This document shows, one piece after another, positions 36,414 to 47,128 of a DNA stretch of 52,178 nucleotides; position 1 is the first letter of the stretch; the number at the start of each line of letters is the position of its first letter. Where the stretch lies: positions 1 to 52,178 of IMG/VR virus record IMGVR_UViG_3300031688_000025. The stretch is one strand, 5' to 3'. Source of the DNA: a virus. Its lineage: Duplodnaviria > Caudoviricetes. Both the position numbers and the translations under genes were made by a program. The notes under the pieces were generated by a model, which was not told where the DNA came from, ran no database searches, and was given only the letters and a program-made list of their open reading frames with translations.

Positions 36414-39400
36414 TTATTCTCCTGTTATCCAACCATTATCTACAGCGGTATCATACATCCGATGCTTTAAGAAAGAGAAGGGTGTTAACCCAGCACCAGA
36501 TTTAAGTGCCTTTCTTGCGTCATCTTCTAAGATACCCTGTCCAAAGCCGTGTACGTTTTTAACTATATTAGATGCAGGGGCTTCTCCTGACATAAGGTTC
36601 CACATAGAACCAAGTGCACTATCACTTCTGTTTTCATAGAGAGGGAACATTAGATCACTGCTAATGATTCTTTCAGTGGTGCCCAACAGACCTGTAGAAT
36701 ACAGGGCTCTTAGGTATTTCTCTTCATCACTTAAGTAAGGTGATCCTTCTCCAAACTTAATAAGGTCTTTCAAATGTTGTGAAGCATAGCCTAACATAAG
36801 CATAGTCATGATCGATGCAAAGGCAGAGTACTTCATTCCGGGGGTAGCGTTCTTAACTGTATCCCACAAAGCTGGTATATGGTTAGCAGTAAACTGGGAT
36901 ATGAAACCCTGAAACTGAGTAAACAAAGCTAGATGTGGATTACTGTAGAACAAAGGTCTTCCCATAGCTGTAGGCATAGGCACTGAGGCGTTGACATAGC
37001 TTATAAAACCATTGTCAAACTGTCTCTCATACTCAACCTGTAGCTCAGCTTGTTGTTGTTTAAAGAAGGCTAGCTCCCTTGGCCCTAAAGATTCTATGTC
37101 AACCTGTTTATTTTCTAACAGTCTACTAGAAAGATTAAGCATCTTATCCACAGGGATACCCATGTACTCTAACATCTTACGAGCTTCCGCTGCTTCGTTA
37201 GTAATTGTACCTTGGCTATTGTGAAGTATATCTAAGTTCTCAATTAAAAAGTCGTTGTACATAGACGCACGTATACTTCTTGTTAAGTTAGTTATACCTT
37301 GGAGACCAATGATCTTAAAGAAGGAGTCCATTATAGCCTGAGTCATCTGATTAGTTTCAGATACACCAACTAGAACAGCAGCACCAGTCTTCTGAGATAA
37401 GAATCCACCACGACTTAAGTTACCTCTAGGATCATCTAAGCCTACGAATCGTGGGTCAGAAGCTTGTCTATCGCTGCGAGACTTAATCTGAGTATCAAAG
37501 TTACTACGTGTAGGGGCTACTCCTGTAATCCTACCTACTTCTGCAAAGTACTCAAACATTTCTCTACCTAACAGTAGACCAAAAGACCCTACGTTCTTAT
37601 GTAGGTTCTGTAGTGAACTTCCTTTTACTGTAAGTGCCAACTCTACGGTAGAAGAGATAGCAGCTAACGGTAACATAGTTAGTACACCAGTCAGTGTTAA
37701 GAACTTCTGGGCACCACGAACAGCATCGCTTTGGATACGCTTGTAGTTACCAGAGTCAGCATTGATAAGATCACCCAGTGCAAGGGTAAGGTCTTCTACT
37801 GTTTCACGAGCGTTAAGCTCAGCAGGTGTGCCAACCTCAGCGTCCCCTCGGATCTCATTGTATACATCATTAAGCATAGATGTAACTAGCATATTGTTCT
37901 TACCAAGAAACTTAGTAGTAGTCATATACCTAGCAGAGGACTTCATAGAGTACTCAAGATTATTAAAGATATCTTGCTCTAAGAACTTGTCAAAGGCAGG
38001 GGTATCTGAAATGTCTAACGATCTTCTCTTATGGCCCTTAGGGTACAAACCACCACGAGTTAAATCGAATGCCTCATCTAAAGTATTTATCTCTGGATTA
38101 TCAATGATAGCATCAGTTATAGAAACAGCATCATCCCTGTCCATGCCCTTATGTCTTACAAGCAAGTTAACAAACTCATCCTTGTTCTTAGCTATGACTT
38201 CCTTTAGGAACCCTTTGCTTCTGAAGATGTGATCCTGAAGAGCACCAAGTATGTTAGGGTTGCCTGCTTGCTTTTGTCTACCAACTATATCAGTGTACAT
38301 AGTGTTATCCACAGTGTACAACTCACTGATTAACATCTTAAGAGAGTCAGCGTTTTCAGTGAAGTTAGGGTTAGATAAATTATCCCAATCAATAGCAGCA
38401 ATAACTTGATCGCCAGTCATCCACTCTTCGTTAGTACGTTTAGATCCGTCCTTGTTAACCCTAGTTATCGGGGCAATGTGTTCTAAGTAAAAAGAGTTAA
38501 CTAAAGCTGATACTGCTGTCTTCCGTGCACCATATCTGCTAGCCTTAACCTTAAAGGATGCAAGGACTTCTTGCATAGGCCTTAGCTTATTCTCAAAGTT
38601 AATGTAGTTAATTACTTTATCATTATGAAAGTCAACACCACCATGTGTCTTGTTCTTTCTACCACCAAACATATCGTATATAACACGAGCAGTCTTGCTT
38701 TGGTTAAGTAATTCAGTGCTCATTCTAGTATCTAGTGCTGTACGTAACAGAACCATAGGGCTAGTCAGTGCATCCTTTAGGGATTCACGGATAGTCTTAG
38801 CATCTTTACGTCCTTGAGCAGACTCTGTCCTACGTTGACCAGCATCAGGGTCATCTCTTAGTTTTTGAGCTCTAGCCTTTGCTCTAGCTTTATTAGGTGC
38901 ACTTGCACCCTCGTCTACATTACCATTAGCAGAGTCCCAAGCATTCTGCATGACCTCATCTAAGTCAGGAACTTCGTCTACGTTATTCTTACTCTTGTTC
39001 TCTGCTCTAGCTTCAGCTTTGTAACCTACAGTAGCGTCATCAAACCTACCATCGTAGTCAGACTTAGAGATACCAGCGTCATACCATTGACCTGCTTTAA
39101 AAACAGTAGTAGGTACAGAGAAAGCGCCACCTAAGGTACCACCAGCAACTAAAGCACTGGCTAATCGGCTCTCTAACTCTTCGTAATCCCAAGTTTTCTC
39201 AGAACCAATGACAGAAGCAGTGTACTGAGTAAGTTCCTGCAGCATCTCAGTGCTTCCTTCAAAGGCTGCACCAGCGGTAAGTCTCTTTGTAAGCTCTTTT
39301 AGTATGTGACCCTTAGCATATTGCTTAGATGCAAACTCTCCAGCATCTTTAGCATAACTAGCTAGCTCTCGTTTAGTTAAACGTGTCAATACTTCTTCAG

Positions 39401-41228
39401 CTTGATCCTTACTTAAGCCTACAGTAGCCGCATTACCTGCCTCTTTGCCTAAAGTAGCAGCAGCTCGTGCTAGTGGAGCACCAGTAGCGTTCATAAGGGC
39501 ATCAATAGCTACCTTCTTAGACTCACCAGTTAAGAAATGCTGGCTGTTAAAGCCCCCTAAAGCTCCTCTAAGGCCTAAACGATCCAGAGAGGCTGCGATA
39601 GCACCACCAACTACAGCTACGCCATAGCTCTTATCCTGTATGTTACCGGGCATCTCATCAAGTATAAGACCAGAGTACATAGCAACAGGAATAGTAAGGC
39701 TAGCCCCGAAAGTTAAAGGTGCAGTAACCATAGAAGCCATAGTGACTCCCATAAAGGGTATAGACATCACAAGGTTAGACCCTATGAACTCGCCTACTTC
39801 ACCAATAGAGCCCCAGTTTACATCCTTATAGTCTAAGCGTACCTTAGCCTGACCTTCCATCTCAGTTTTACTCTGCTCTACTTGACCAGTAAGCCACGCT
39901 CTAGTGTCTGTAGCTCCAACTACATCTGCCATTGCAGCACCAACCATCTTAAAAGAGTTACCTACCATAGTCAGGGATGAATCCCAAGTGTCAGACAGTG
40001 GTGTTTTAGATCGGTTGTCTAGTGTTGCGTTGGTGTTTCTAATTAAAACATCAGAGAATATCTCAGGAAATGCTGAGTACTCTTGCTCGTTAAGAGCCTG
40101 TAGTTTTGCAATAGGTACACCATTAGTAGGGGACAAGCCTGCTACTTTAATTAGTTCAGCAGCAAACTCGTAGTCTGTCTTAGGTACAGTGTCTTTCCTT
40201 AGGGCCCTTAGGCCATCACCGTACAACGACCTTGAGTAGCTATCGTCACTAAGGGTTTCCCGTGAGTTACCTATGAAGGTAGGCCTAGCGATACCACCAG
40301 AGATTAGGAAGTCTGTGAAAGACCTACCGTCCTCGTCTACTAGATCACCAATAGCTCGACCGTATCTATCTTTTTCCTTAGATGCTTTTACAGTAGTGTA
40401 TCCATACTTGTTAGCAAGAGCAGACACCATGTCTTTGCTTACTTGCCCAGCACCCTCACCGACTACGTAACCTTTCTCTTTAAGAACCTTAGAGGTTTCA
40501 GCTAAGTCAATGTCCCGTAGTCTTACACGATCTCCAGTTGCAGAGTCCTTAATGGTATCTCCATCAATGAAAGACCATCCTGAGTTTCCGATACTATAAT
40601 CGAATGTTTCGGTTGTAGCCTCAGGTACTACTTCCGTCTTTGATGGGTCAGTCAAGAAACTTTGACCGGCGTAAGAGCCAACAGCGTTAGCTACTCTCTT
40701 CATTCTTTTGTGTACACCTGTTCCTTCTTTTATAGACTTTTCGTAGTCATCATTACGCAGAAACTCTTGAGAAGCTTCCTCGTAATTACCTTCGTTCATA
40801 AAGCCTACAAACTTAGGGGAAGTACCAAGGTCACCTCTGTACTCAGCTTGAATGATCTCAGCCTTAAGGTCTTCTGGTAAATTATCTAGTGTTGGTATAC
40901 GATTACGTGCCCTCTCAACGTGATGTTGGAATGCAGCATCAAAACCTTTATCTATCCACTCACCTGTTTGACCTACGCCTTGAGTTGTCACACCCTTAGT
41001 ATCAAGGTAGGGGGCAGCTCGGTACCCTTCCTCTGCAACTACTCTTTGCTCAGCGTAAGTTAAAGGTCTTCCAAGGTTCTCGGAGACTTTAGTTATTGCA
41101 TCTGCTCCGTGGTAGACATCCTTGTCCACCGTGTTACTTTGTGGGAGAGTAGGGTCGGTATCAGGTTCATTTAAGAGACCCAGAGCACTCAACTCTTCTT
41201 CTGTATATTCAATTTTATTGTCGCTCAT
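36414..41228 (-). CDS. Large internal virion/ejection protein with N-terminal lysozyme and thermonuclease-like domains
   Basis: EEGYRAAPYLDTKGVTT (E-x8-D-x5-T); IDGDT..RVRLRDID..E..DRYGR; Gly/Ala hydrophobic segments; no Cys. Confidence 0.8.
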   Translation of the reverse strand: MSDNKIEYTEEELSALGLLNEPDTDPTLPQSNTVDKDVYHGADAITKVSENLGRPLTYAEQRVVAEEGYRAAPYLDTKGVTTQGVGQTGEWIDKGFDAAFQHHVERARNRIPTLDNLPEDLKAEIIQAEYRGDLGTSPKFVGFMNEGNYEEASQEFLRNDDYEKSIKEGTGVHKRMKRVANAVGSYAGQSFLTDPSKTEVVPEATTETFDYSIGNSGWSFIDGDTIKDSATGDRVRLRDIDLAETSKVLKEKGYVVGEGAGQVSKDMVSALANKYGYTTVKASKEKDRYGRAIGDLVDEDGRSFTDFLISGGIARPTFIGNSRETLSDDSYSRSLYGDGLRALRKDTVPKTDYEFAAELIKVAGLSPTNGVPIAKLQALNEQEYSAFPEIFSDVLIRNTNATLDNRSKTPLSDTWDSSLTMVGNSFKMVGAAMADVVGATDTRAWLTGQVEQSKTEMEGQAKVRLDYKDVNWGSIGEVGEFIGSNLVMSIPFMGVTMASMVTAPLTFGASLTIPVAMYSGLILDEMPGNIQDKSYGVAVVGGAIAASLDRLGLRGALGGFNSQHFLTGESKKVAIDALMNATGAPLARAAATLGKEAGNAATVGLSKDQAEEVLTRLTKRELASYAKDAGEFASKQYAKGHILKELTKRLTAGAAFEGSTEMLQELTQYTASVIGSEKTWDYEELESRLASALVAGGTLGGAFSVPTTVFKAGQWYDAGISKSDYDGRFDDATVGYKAEARAENKSKNNVDEVPDLDEVMQNAWDSANGNVDEGASAPNKARAKARAQKLRDDPDAGQRRTESAQGRKDAKTIRESLKDALTSPMVLLRTALDTRMSTELLNQSKTARVIYDMFGGRKNKTHGGVDFHNDKVINYINFENKLRPMQEVLASFKVKASRYGARKTAVSALVNSFYLEHIAPITRVNKDGSKRTNEEWMTGDQVIAAIDWDNLSNPNFTENADSLKMLISELYTVDNTMYTDIVGRQKQAGNPNILGALQDHIFRSKGFLKEVIAKNKDEFVNLLVRHKGMDRDDAVSITDAIIDNPEINTLDEAFDLTRGGLYPKGHKRRSLDISDTPAFDKFLEQDIFNNLEYSMKSSARYMTTTKFLGKNNMLVTSMLNDVYNEIRGDAEVGTPAELNARETVEDLTLALGDLINADSGNYKRIQSDAVRGAQKFLTLTGVLTMLPLAAISSTVELALTVKGSSLQNLHKNVGSFGLLLGREMFEYFAEVGRITGVAPTRSNFDTQIKSRSDRQASDPRFVGLDDPRGNLSRGGFLSQKTGAAVLVGVSETNQMTQAIMDSFFKIIGLQGITNLTRSIRASMYNDFLIENLDILHNSQGTITNEAAEARKMLEYMGIPVDKMLNLSSRLLENKQVDIESLGPRELAFFKQQQAELQVEYERQFDNGFISYVNASVPMPTAMGRPLFYSNPHLALFTQFQGFISQFTANHIPALWDTVKNATPGMKYSAFASIMTMLMLGYASQHLKDLIKFGEGSPYLSDEEKYLRALYSTGLLGTTERIISSDLMFPLYENRSDSALGSMWNLMSGEAPASNIVKNVHGFGQGILEDDARKALKSGAGLTPFSFLKHRMYDTAVDNGWITGE

Positions 41229-41242
41229 ATCCGACCTTTCTC

Positions 41243-43579
41243 CTATTTTTTAGTAAGTAGTGCCTTTGCATTTTGTATGCTTTGGACTACACTATTAGCT
41301 ACGTCTGAAGGGGAACCAGCTAAGTATTGTGGTTCAGATTTACTCTTAGTAAACATACTGTTTACCCAAAGAAGAGCAGGTGATAATTGCTCTGCTTTGT
41401 TATCTGATGAAGCCTCAGATCTAGATTCCCAATGCTCCTTAATACCCTTAGGCCCTGTTAACATTGCGTTACTATAAGCCCTATGTAAATGTTTGTATAC
41501 ATTACCATTGGTAAAATCAGACTGAGGTAATTTACTATCTTTTAGTTTAGAGTTAAGTACAGAGTTAAAAGTCTTAGCATTAGTCCTAACCTTAGCCCAA
41601 GCGTTCTGACCAATCTCACCTTTAGGTTTACCTATGACTTCAAAGAACGAAGAAGGTATACCCTTATCAGTGATATCATACTTAAGCTTTTGGAAGTCAA
41701 AGAAAGATGCAATATCTTTATTGTTCTTAGCTCCACCTCTAGCTACAGTATCAATCCAATCTTCCATACCCTTAGTAATCATAGACTGAACAACTGATTC
41801 ATCTGTTGCGAAGTCAGTGTTAGCTGGAAAACCGTTTACAAAAGAAGAAACAGCTTGAACAAGACTACTACGTGCAGTGGAGCTATTTAACTGCTCTATT
41901 AAGAATCTTCTTTTCTCTACTTTCATATCAGGGTCAGCTTCCAAGACACCTGTTATCCTTTTAACAGCATTCTCAGAAGTTGTTTGAGCTTCTTTAACTA
42001 GTCTTTGGATAGCACCATCTTGAGTCTCACCATTAAAAGAAAAAGCATTACTGCCAATAAGAGCAGACATTGGAACACTGCCGCCAGCTTTAAGATCAGG
42101 AAATGAGCTTAGAAACGGCTTAATATTTGAAGGGAAGAAACGACTATTATCTTGAGACTTAACACCATCCACTTCTTGCCTTGTACTGTTGTCAAACAGG
42201 GTAACGCCATTATCAAAATTTGGAGAGAGATCAGCAGCTTGCTTAGCAGAAGCTGTAGCTTTTACTTTACCTGAAGCAATTGCTTGATCAGAGTCAGCTT
42301 TAGCTTTAGCAGCTTGTACTTTCCACTCGTTCTCAAGGACTGCAGCACCAAAGGATACACCGTCCCCACCTAGTACCTTAGAGGCTGTGTAAGCAAACAA
42401 AGCTTTACGCAAAGCAGGATCTTCAAAACCTTGCTTAGCAATATCCTTAACGCTGTCCCAAAGTTTACCAAAGAAAGTTGGATCTTCCTTTGCTTCATCT
42501 AATGAAGCCTTAGGTGTTTCGTTACCTGCACCACCTATATCAGAATCTTTAAGGTTTTTATCTACTTTGGTAGCTACAGCAGTTGGCACTGTAGGATCAG
42601 CTTTAGTAGGATCAGCTAAATTAGGATCAGCTAAATTAGGATCAGCTTTAGTAGGATCAGCTTTAGTAGGATCAGCTTCAGTAGGATCAACCGGTACTTC
42701 AAGTACTAGCCCTGCTGCAGTTGGATCAGCCGGTACTTCAGGGGTTTCTTTAATCCCCAGTTTTATCTCTAAAGCATCAGCTTGATCGTCTAAACCAGAA
42801 GCTCGTAAACGTGCTACCTTATCTTTTTTCTCTGCTTCTTTATCTAATTTGAGTTTAAGAACGCTTTGTTTTATACCCGCTATCTTCATGGTCTCTATTC
42901 TTATAAGAGACTCTGCTCTCTCTGGAGTGATATCTCCGTTATCTCTCAGAGCTGTTATGTTTACAATCTCCTGTTCAGCTACAGGTATTTTACTTTCGTC
43001 TGCAACAAAGCCTTCATAAACATTAGAAACAGGATCAATTATATTATCCCTAATAAAAGGAATCTCAGGTATGTTCTTAATAAACTGAGGGATAAGATCG
43101 CCAGCTACCCCTGAAACAGGAGAATTCATTAGTGGCTGATATAGCTCAGGCACAAAGTTTTCAGACTTAGGTACGGGTACATTAGAAAATTCAGTAGGAA
43201 CACCTGATGAGTTACCTTCTCCGCTAAGATCCCCAGAAACAGGGGGTATTGTATAAAGTGCGGGTAGCTCTTTAAGATCACCATAGCTGTTAAATGCTTT
43301 CGGAGCAACCCCTCCGCTAACAGGGGTTGCCTTAGTAGGATCAAAGTTCTCTTCAAAAACCTCTTGAGCCTTAGGTATTAAATTACCATCTGACCCGTAT
43401 TCCATGGGAGGTGGAGTTGGGCCTGTAAAGGTAACCTTTGGGCCAGTAAGCTCCTCAAGTGGGGCACTTGGTACAGCTATTTGTCTGTTGCTATAAATAG
43501 CTTTATCTTTATCCTCTTGATCCATGTCTTTCATCAAGGTCATTATAGCCCCAAACGCATTATTAAAATCATTAGCCAT
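41243..43579 (-). CDS. Internal virion/ejection protein
   Basis: Position in the ejection module, Pro-rich N-terminus, ADPTK repeats, no Cys seen. Confidence 0.65.
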   Translation of the reverse strand: MANDFNNAFGAIMTLMKDMDQEDKDKAIYSNRQIAVPSAPLEELTGPKVTFTGPTPPPMEYGSDGNLIPKAQEVFEENFDPTKATPVSGGVAPKAFNSYGDLKELPALYTIPPVSGDLSGEGNSSGVPTEFSNVPVPKSENFVPELYQPLMNSPVSGVAGDLIPQFIKNIPEIPFIRDNIIDPVSNVYEGFVADESKIPVAEQEIVNITALRDNGDITPERAESLIRIETMKIAGIKQSVLKLKLDKEAEKKDKVARLRASGLDDQADALEIKLGIKETPEVPADPTAAGLVLEVPVDPTEADPTKADPTKADPNLADPNLADPTKADPTVPTAVATKVDKNLKDSDIGGAGNETPKASLDEAKEDPTFFGKLWDSVKDIAKQGFEDPALRKALFAYTASKVLGGDGVSFGAAVLENEWKVQAAKAKADSDQAIASGKVKATASAKQAADLSPNFDNGVTLFDNSTRQEVDGVKSQDNSRFFPSNIKPFLSSFPDLKAGGSVPMSALIGSNAFSFNGETQDGAIQRLVKEAQTTSENAVKRITGVLEADPDMKVEKRRFLIEQLNSSTARSSLVQAVSSFVNGFPANTDFATDESVVQSMITKGMEDWIDTVARGGAKNNKDIASFFDFQKLKYDITDKGIPSSFFEVIGKPKGEIGQNAWAKVRTNAKTFNSVLNSKLKDSKLPQSDFTNGNVYKHLHRAYSNAMLTGPKGIKEHWESRSEASSDNKAEQLSPALLWVNSMFTKSKSEPQYLAGSPSDVANSVVQSIQNAKALLTKK
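42591..42689 (-). repeat. 15-bp tandem repeat (~7 units) encoding ADPTK/ADPNL
   Basis: taggatcagct(tta/aaa) units. Confidence 0.9.
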
Positions 43580-43596
43580 TATACTTATCCTTTATT

Positions 43597-44154
43597 CTAT
43601 GACATTCTACGTAAGTGAGAACGTTTCTTTTGCATGTTCATAGCAGCTCTCTGATACATACTAGGTGCTTGTTGAGGTGCACCTGCAAGGCTAGCATTAT
43701 AATTTGTCTGTTGAGCTTGAACTTCTTTCGGTGTCAATGCTTGTACTCCTGCACCTAGGGCTTGCGGGGCCATAGACATTAAGAACTTTTTCCTAGCTTC
43801 TTCTTTTGCTAGAGTTGCAGCGGCAGTTGCTGCTGTATTTGTACCGGCTGCAGTAACCGCACCAGACCCTAAGGCTCCACCATAACCAGCAGTTACCCCG
43901 TTTAAGGCTCCAGTTGCACCTGCAGTGACCGCTGGAGTTGCTGCTGCACCCATTGTACCTACACTTGTAACTATAGGTGCTGCTGTTGCTGCTACAGGAG
44001 CTACTGCTGCTGTTGCAGGTGCCATTAGACCAGCCGCCGCAGGGCCTAAAAGTCCAATGCCTAAGCCCATAAGAGCACCTTTCTTTCTATCTTTCTTATT
44101 AGCTAAAGCGCCTAAGGCTGCTGCACCTAATGCTATTGCAATTGGTCCCGGCAT
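43597..44154 (-). CDS. Ala/Gly-rich small ejection protein
   Basis: Hydrophobic Gly/Ala helices; position in the module. Confidence 0.55.
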   Translation of the reverse strand: MPGPIAIALGAAALGALANKKDRKKGALMGLGIGLLGPAAAGLMAPATAAVAPVAATAAPIVTSVGTMGAAATPAVTAGATGALNGVTAGYGGALGSGAVTAAGTNTAATAAATLAKEEARKKFLMSMAPQALGAGVQALTPKEVQAQQTNYNASLAGAPQQAPSMYQRAAMNMQKKRSHLRRMS

Positions 44155-44963
44155 TATTTGCCACCTCCCTTAGTAGTTGTTATGTCTCCGAAGTTGATAC
44201 CACCTAGCATACCAGATGCATCTCGAAGTACTTGACGATCAGCGTCTTCCTCAAACCCGAACCTATCCATGGCAGCATCAATGTCAGCTTGAGCATAACC
44301 TTCTCTACCAGCTCCAACATCCTGAAGGATCTGAGAAGGAGTAAGTGCACCTTCTTGTAAGGAGCCCAACTGCTGTAACATACCAAGTTGATTCTCTCTG
44401 TTTTGACCAACGATACCCTGAAGAGCTTTAGTTCTAGTGTCACCCATTTCTGCCATATAATCTCTAGCAGCACCTTGAGCTAGTATGTCAGCTCGGTCTC
44501 CACCAAACGCACCTTGCTTAACTGCTGATGAAGATAAACCGGGAAGTGTCTGCTCATTGAACTGACGAGTAAGTGGGTTAGTTATAGCTGTTAAGTAGTC
44601 TTCAGTGCCGGGATCTTTTAAGGGATCGTAAGCCATAGCATCCTGAAACCTTTGAGCAGCAGAAGCACTCAAGTCCCCAGCTACACCAGCAGCACCCTCT
44701 TGTGCTGTAAGGCCTGCTTCTGTTTGATCAGACATATCAGCCACAGTGTCACCACCAAAATACTGCTGAGGCCCTAAGTCTTCCATCGAATTTGCGTAAC
44801 CTAGTTGCTGACGTAATATTTGTTCTTGCTGGTAGCTAGGTGCAGTAGTCGTTGTAGACCTAGAGCCACCACCTTTGCACTGAATCATGAAGTTGTCTAC
44901 AAAACAACCTATCTCTGAGTCGTACTGATCTCCAATAGAAGATCTTTTACCTTTAAGTTTCAT
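44154..44963 (-). CDS. Putative ejection (DNA transfer) protein
   Basis: CKGGGS..TTT.P, GAFGGDR, Gln-rich. Start uncertain. Confidence 0.6.
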   Translation of the reverse strand: MKLKGKRSSIGDQYDSEIGCFVDNFMIQCKGGGSRSTTTTAPSYQQEQILRQQLGYANSMEDLGPQQYFGGDTVADMSDQTEAGLTAQEGAAGVAGDLSASAAQRFQDAMAYDPLKDPGTEDYLTAITNPLTRQFNEQTLPGLSSSAVKQGAFGGDRADILAQGAARDYMAEMGDTRTKALQGIVGQNRENQLGMLQQLGSLQEGALTPSQILQDVGAGREGYAQADIDAAMDRFGFEEDADRQVLRDASGMLGGINFGDITTTKGGGK

Positions 44964-44964
44964 T

Positions 44965-45405
44965 TTAAGAATCCTTATTATTTGAGGGTTTACCAAGAGA
45001 CTTACCAATTACAGTATACCTATCAGTGTAACCATGTTCTTTGAGAGCTTTTACCCAGCCCCTTCTACCGTAGATTTGAATGTCATTGCAGTTATTAGTA
45101 ACCGCCCAGTCTTCAATCTCTTTAACTTCAGCCAGTGCACCCAGTACACCGCTGTCACCTTCACCACCAAGATAGCAGATTTCACAAGTCCTCTTACTAG
45201 GGTAGTCAATAATCTGGGTAACAACAGTTGCTACAAACTTAGAATCCAAAGTCCCTATCCAAATCTGTTTGTTACCATCTATTAGATCTTGAGCTACATC
45301 AGTAACCTCTCGCTCTCCGTAACCAAACTTTAAAGCCGAAGCTATATGCTCTACCGATAGACTAGGTAGTTTGTTGAAATACTCTTGTGTCCACATGCAT
45401 AGCAT
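44965..45405 (-). CDS. GNAT-fold-like virion-module protein
   Basis: YP......I.YLGG, IE.WA...C..I...GR.GW..L...GY. Confidence 0.6.
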   Translation of the reverse strand: MLCMWTQEYFNKLPSLSVEHIASALKFGYGEREVTDVAQDLIDGNKQIWIGTLDSKFVATVVTQIIDYPSKRTCEICYLGGEGDSGVLGALAEVKEIEDWAVTNNCNDIQIYGRRGWVKALKEHGYTDRYTVIGKSLGKPSNNKDS

Positions 45406-45419
45406 AAGGTTCTCCGGTC

Positions 45420-45794
45420 TTAAGGTTTAGTGGGGTATACCACATTAGAAGTGTCGCAAGTGTCAGGTAAATCCCTGAGTGCTTGCCTGTAAGTAGCCCA
45501 TTGGGTTTTAAGGGTATCTGTTAAGGGGCTGTCAGTGACTTGAGTCCAGTCAGACTCCTTAAGTAAATAATCTCTTGTGCTACGTACCCATTCAAGTACA
45601 GACTCAGTTACATCATCAACAGAGACTACTGTTTCTATTACTTGATTTAAGTCTTCATCGTAAATGTAATCTACTGTTTGCCTTATGTAGTCTATAGAGT
45701 CGGTAGTCTTAATAAACTCTACCCACCCTGCAGTTCCCTCTGGCATTGTCTGAGGAGATCCCTGAGGAACTCCATTCTCAACTCTTATACGCAT
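45420..45794 (-). CDS. Tail assembly chaperone
   Basis: R..RD.LL.ESDWTQ..DSPL......WA.YRQALRDLP. Confidence 0.85.
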   Translation of the reverse strand: MRIRVENGVPQGSPQTMPEGTAGWVEFIKTTDSIDYIRQTVDYIYDEDLNQVIETVVSVDDVTESVLEWVRSTRDYLLKESDWTQVTDSPLTDTLKTQWATYRQALRDLPDTCDTSNVVYPTKP

Positions 45795-47128
45795 TATACA
45801 ATACCTATTGTTGTGCCTGACCAGTGTGCTGTTCCAGTCCTAGATTGGTTAGTAGAGCCAGTCCCATTGTCTGCAAACATTTGGATTGATACTTTAAACC
45901 TAATAGCAGAAGTAGTACTAGGAGCACTTCCTACAACAGGAATAGTTGTCCAAGAGTTACCACCAGCAGAGGTTTTATTTCTCATTGTTTGTATTGTGCT
46001 ATAAGCTCCGGGAGACCCGCTAGTTAATACAGCATAGTCTAGTTTAACATAAGCAGTGTCTGTAGCAAACGCAGCATCAAACGCCATGTTGATATGAGGT
46101 ATATGAGCTTTGTTATCAGTGGATGCAGGGCAATCTACTTCAATAAGAAGTACATACCCAGAAGAGGTAGGCCCAAAAGTTTTACTACCACTACCCTGAA
46201 AAGCTGAAACACTGTTAAGAGTTCCGTTCATGTTACCTACGGTCAGGTTCTTGATGAAGGCAGCTTCCATTGTCACAAGGCCATTCGTGATGTCGAACAC
46301 TGTCGCGCCCGTTTCTCCTGCAACTGCCCCTTCGACAATAAGGAACTTATCTGCGGTAATCTTAAAGGTTCCGGTAGAACCGTTATTGTTCTGTTCAAAA
46401 CCAGTGATGTAGCCGTTGGCATCTAAAGAAACGCCATACTTGGCTTCGAGTATTCCATCGGCCAGAACCCTAGCAGTAGTCTCTGTGGTGACTGAGGTTG
46501 CCACCACACCAACTGCTGCTGATACTGTAGATACACTGGTTGCCAAAGCATTGTCTGCATTCACAGAAATGCTGTAGTTGTTGGCAATGTTGCCATTTGC
46601 CGTAGCGACAGCGGCAGTCAAAGAGGTAATAAGAGTGGCACTCGCAGTGTCAGCATCTGATCTAGCCGTGGCTTCAGTGGAAATCGCGGATGTGTTGTCA
46701 CCGACAGTTGCTGTGAGCGTTGTGACATTGGATGCCACTGCGGCAGTAGCAGTTGCAGCAGCCGAAGCCTCAGTCACAACCGAGGCAGCCACAGTATCTA
46801 CATTCGCTTGTACAGCTTGCCGTGCAGTTGCTTCGGCAGTTATTGCGTCAGCCCTAGCAGTTGCTTCGGTTACAACAGAGGCAGCGTTAGTTGCAACATT
46901 TGCTTGCACAGTGGTAATCAAAGACGCATTAGCTGCAGTAGCCGAAGCAGTAGCAGTAGCAAGTGATGTCACAGAGCCGCTTACATTTCCTACAGTAGAA
47001 GTAAGATCTACTATAGACTGCTCTAAAGTAACAGCACCAGACTCTAAAGGATAAACTCTAGAGGCCGTGATGTTAACTGTATTGAGTTCTCTTTGAATAG
47101 CTTTAGCATCATACTTTACTGGTAACAT
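45794..47128 (-). CDS. Tail fibre/needle protein with a DUF1983-like segment
   Basis: Coiled coil (TEATARA repeats), then AKYGV.LDANGY.TGF...F.I.ADKF...AFIKN. Confidence 0.7.
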   Translation of the reverse strand: MLPVKYDAKAIQRELNTVNITASRVYPLESGAVTLEQSIVDLTSTVGNVSGSVTSLATATASATAANASLITTVQANVATNAASVVTEATARADAITAEATARQAVQANVDTVAASVVTEASAAATATAAVASNVTTLTATVGDNTSAISTEATARSDADTASATLITSLTAAVATANGNIANNYSISVNADNALATSVSTVSAAVGVVATSVTTETTARVLADGILEAKYGVSLDANGYITGFEQNNNGSTGTFKITADKFLIVEGAVAGETGATVFDITNGLVTMEAAFIKNLTVGNMNGTLNSVSAFQGSGSKTFGPTSSGYVLLIEVDCPASTDNKAHIPHINMAFDAAFATDTAYVKLDYAVLTSGSPGAYSTIQTMRNKTSAGGNSWTTIPVVGSAPSTTSAIRFKVSIQMFADNGTGSTNQSRTGTAHWSGTTIGIV

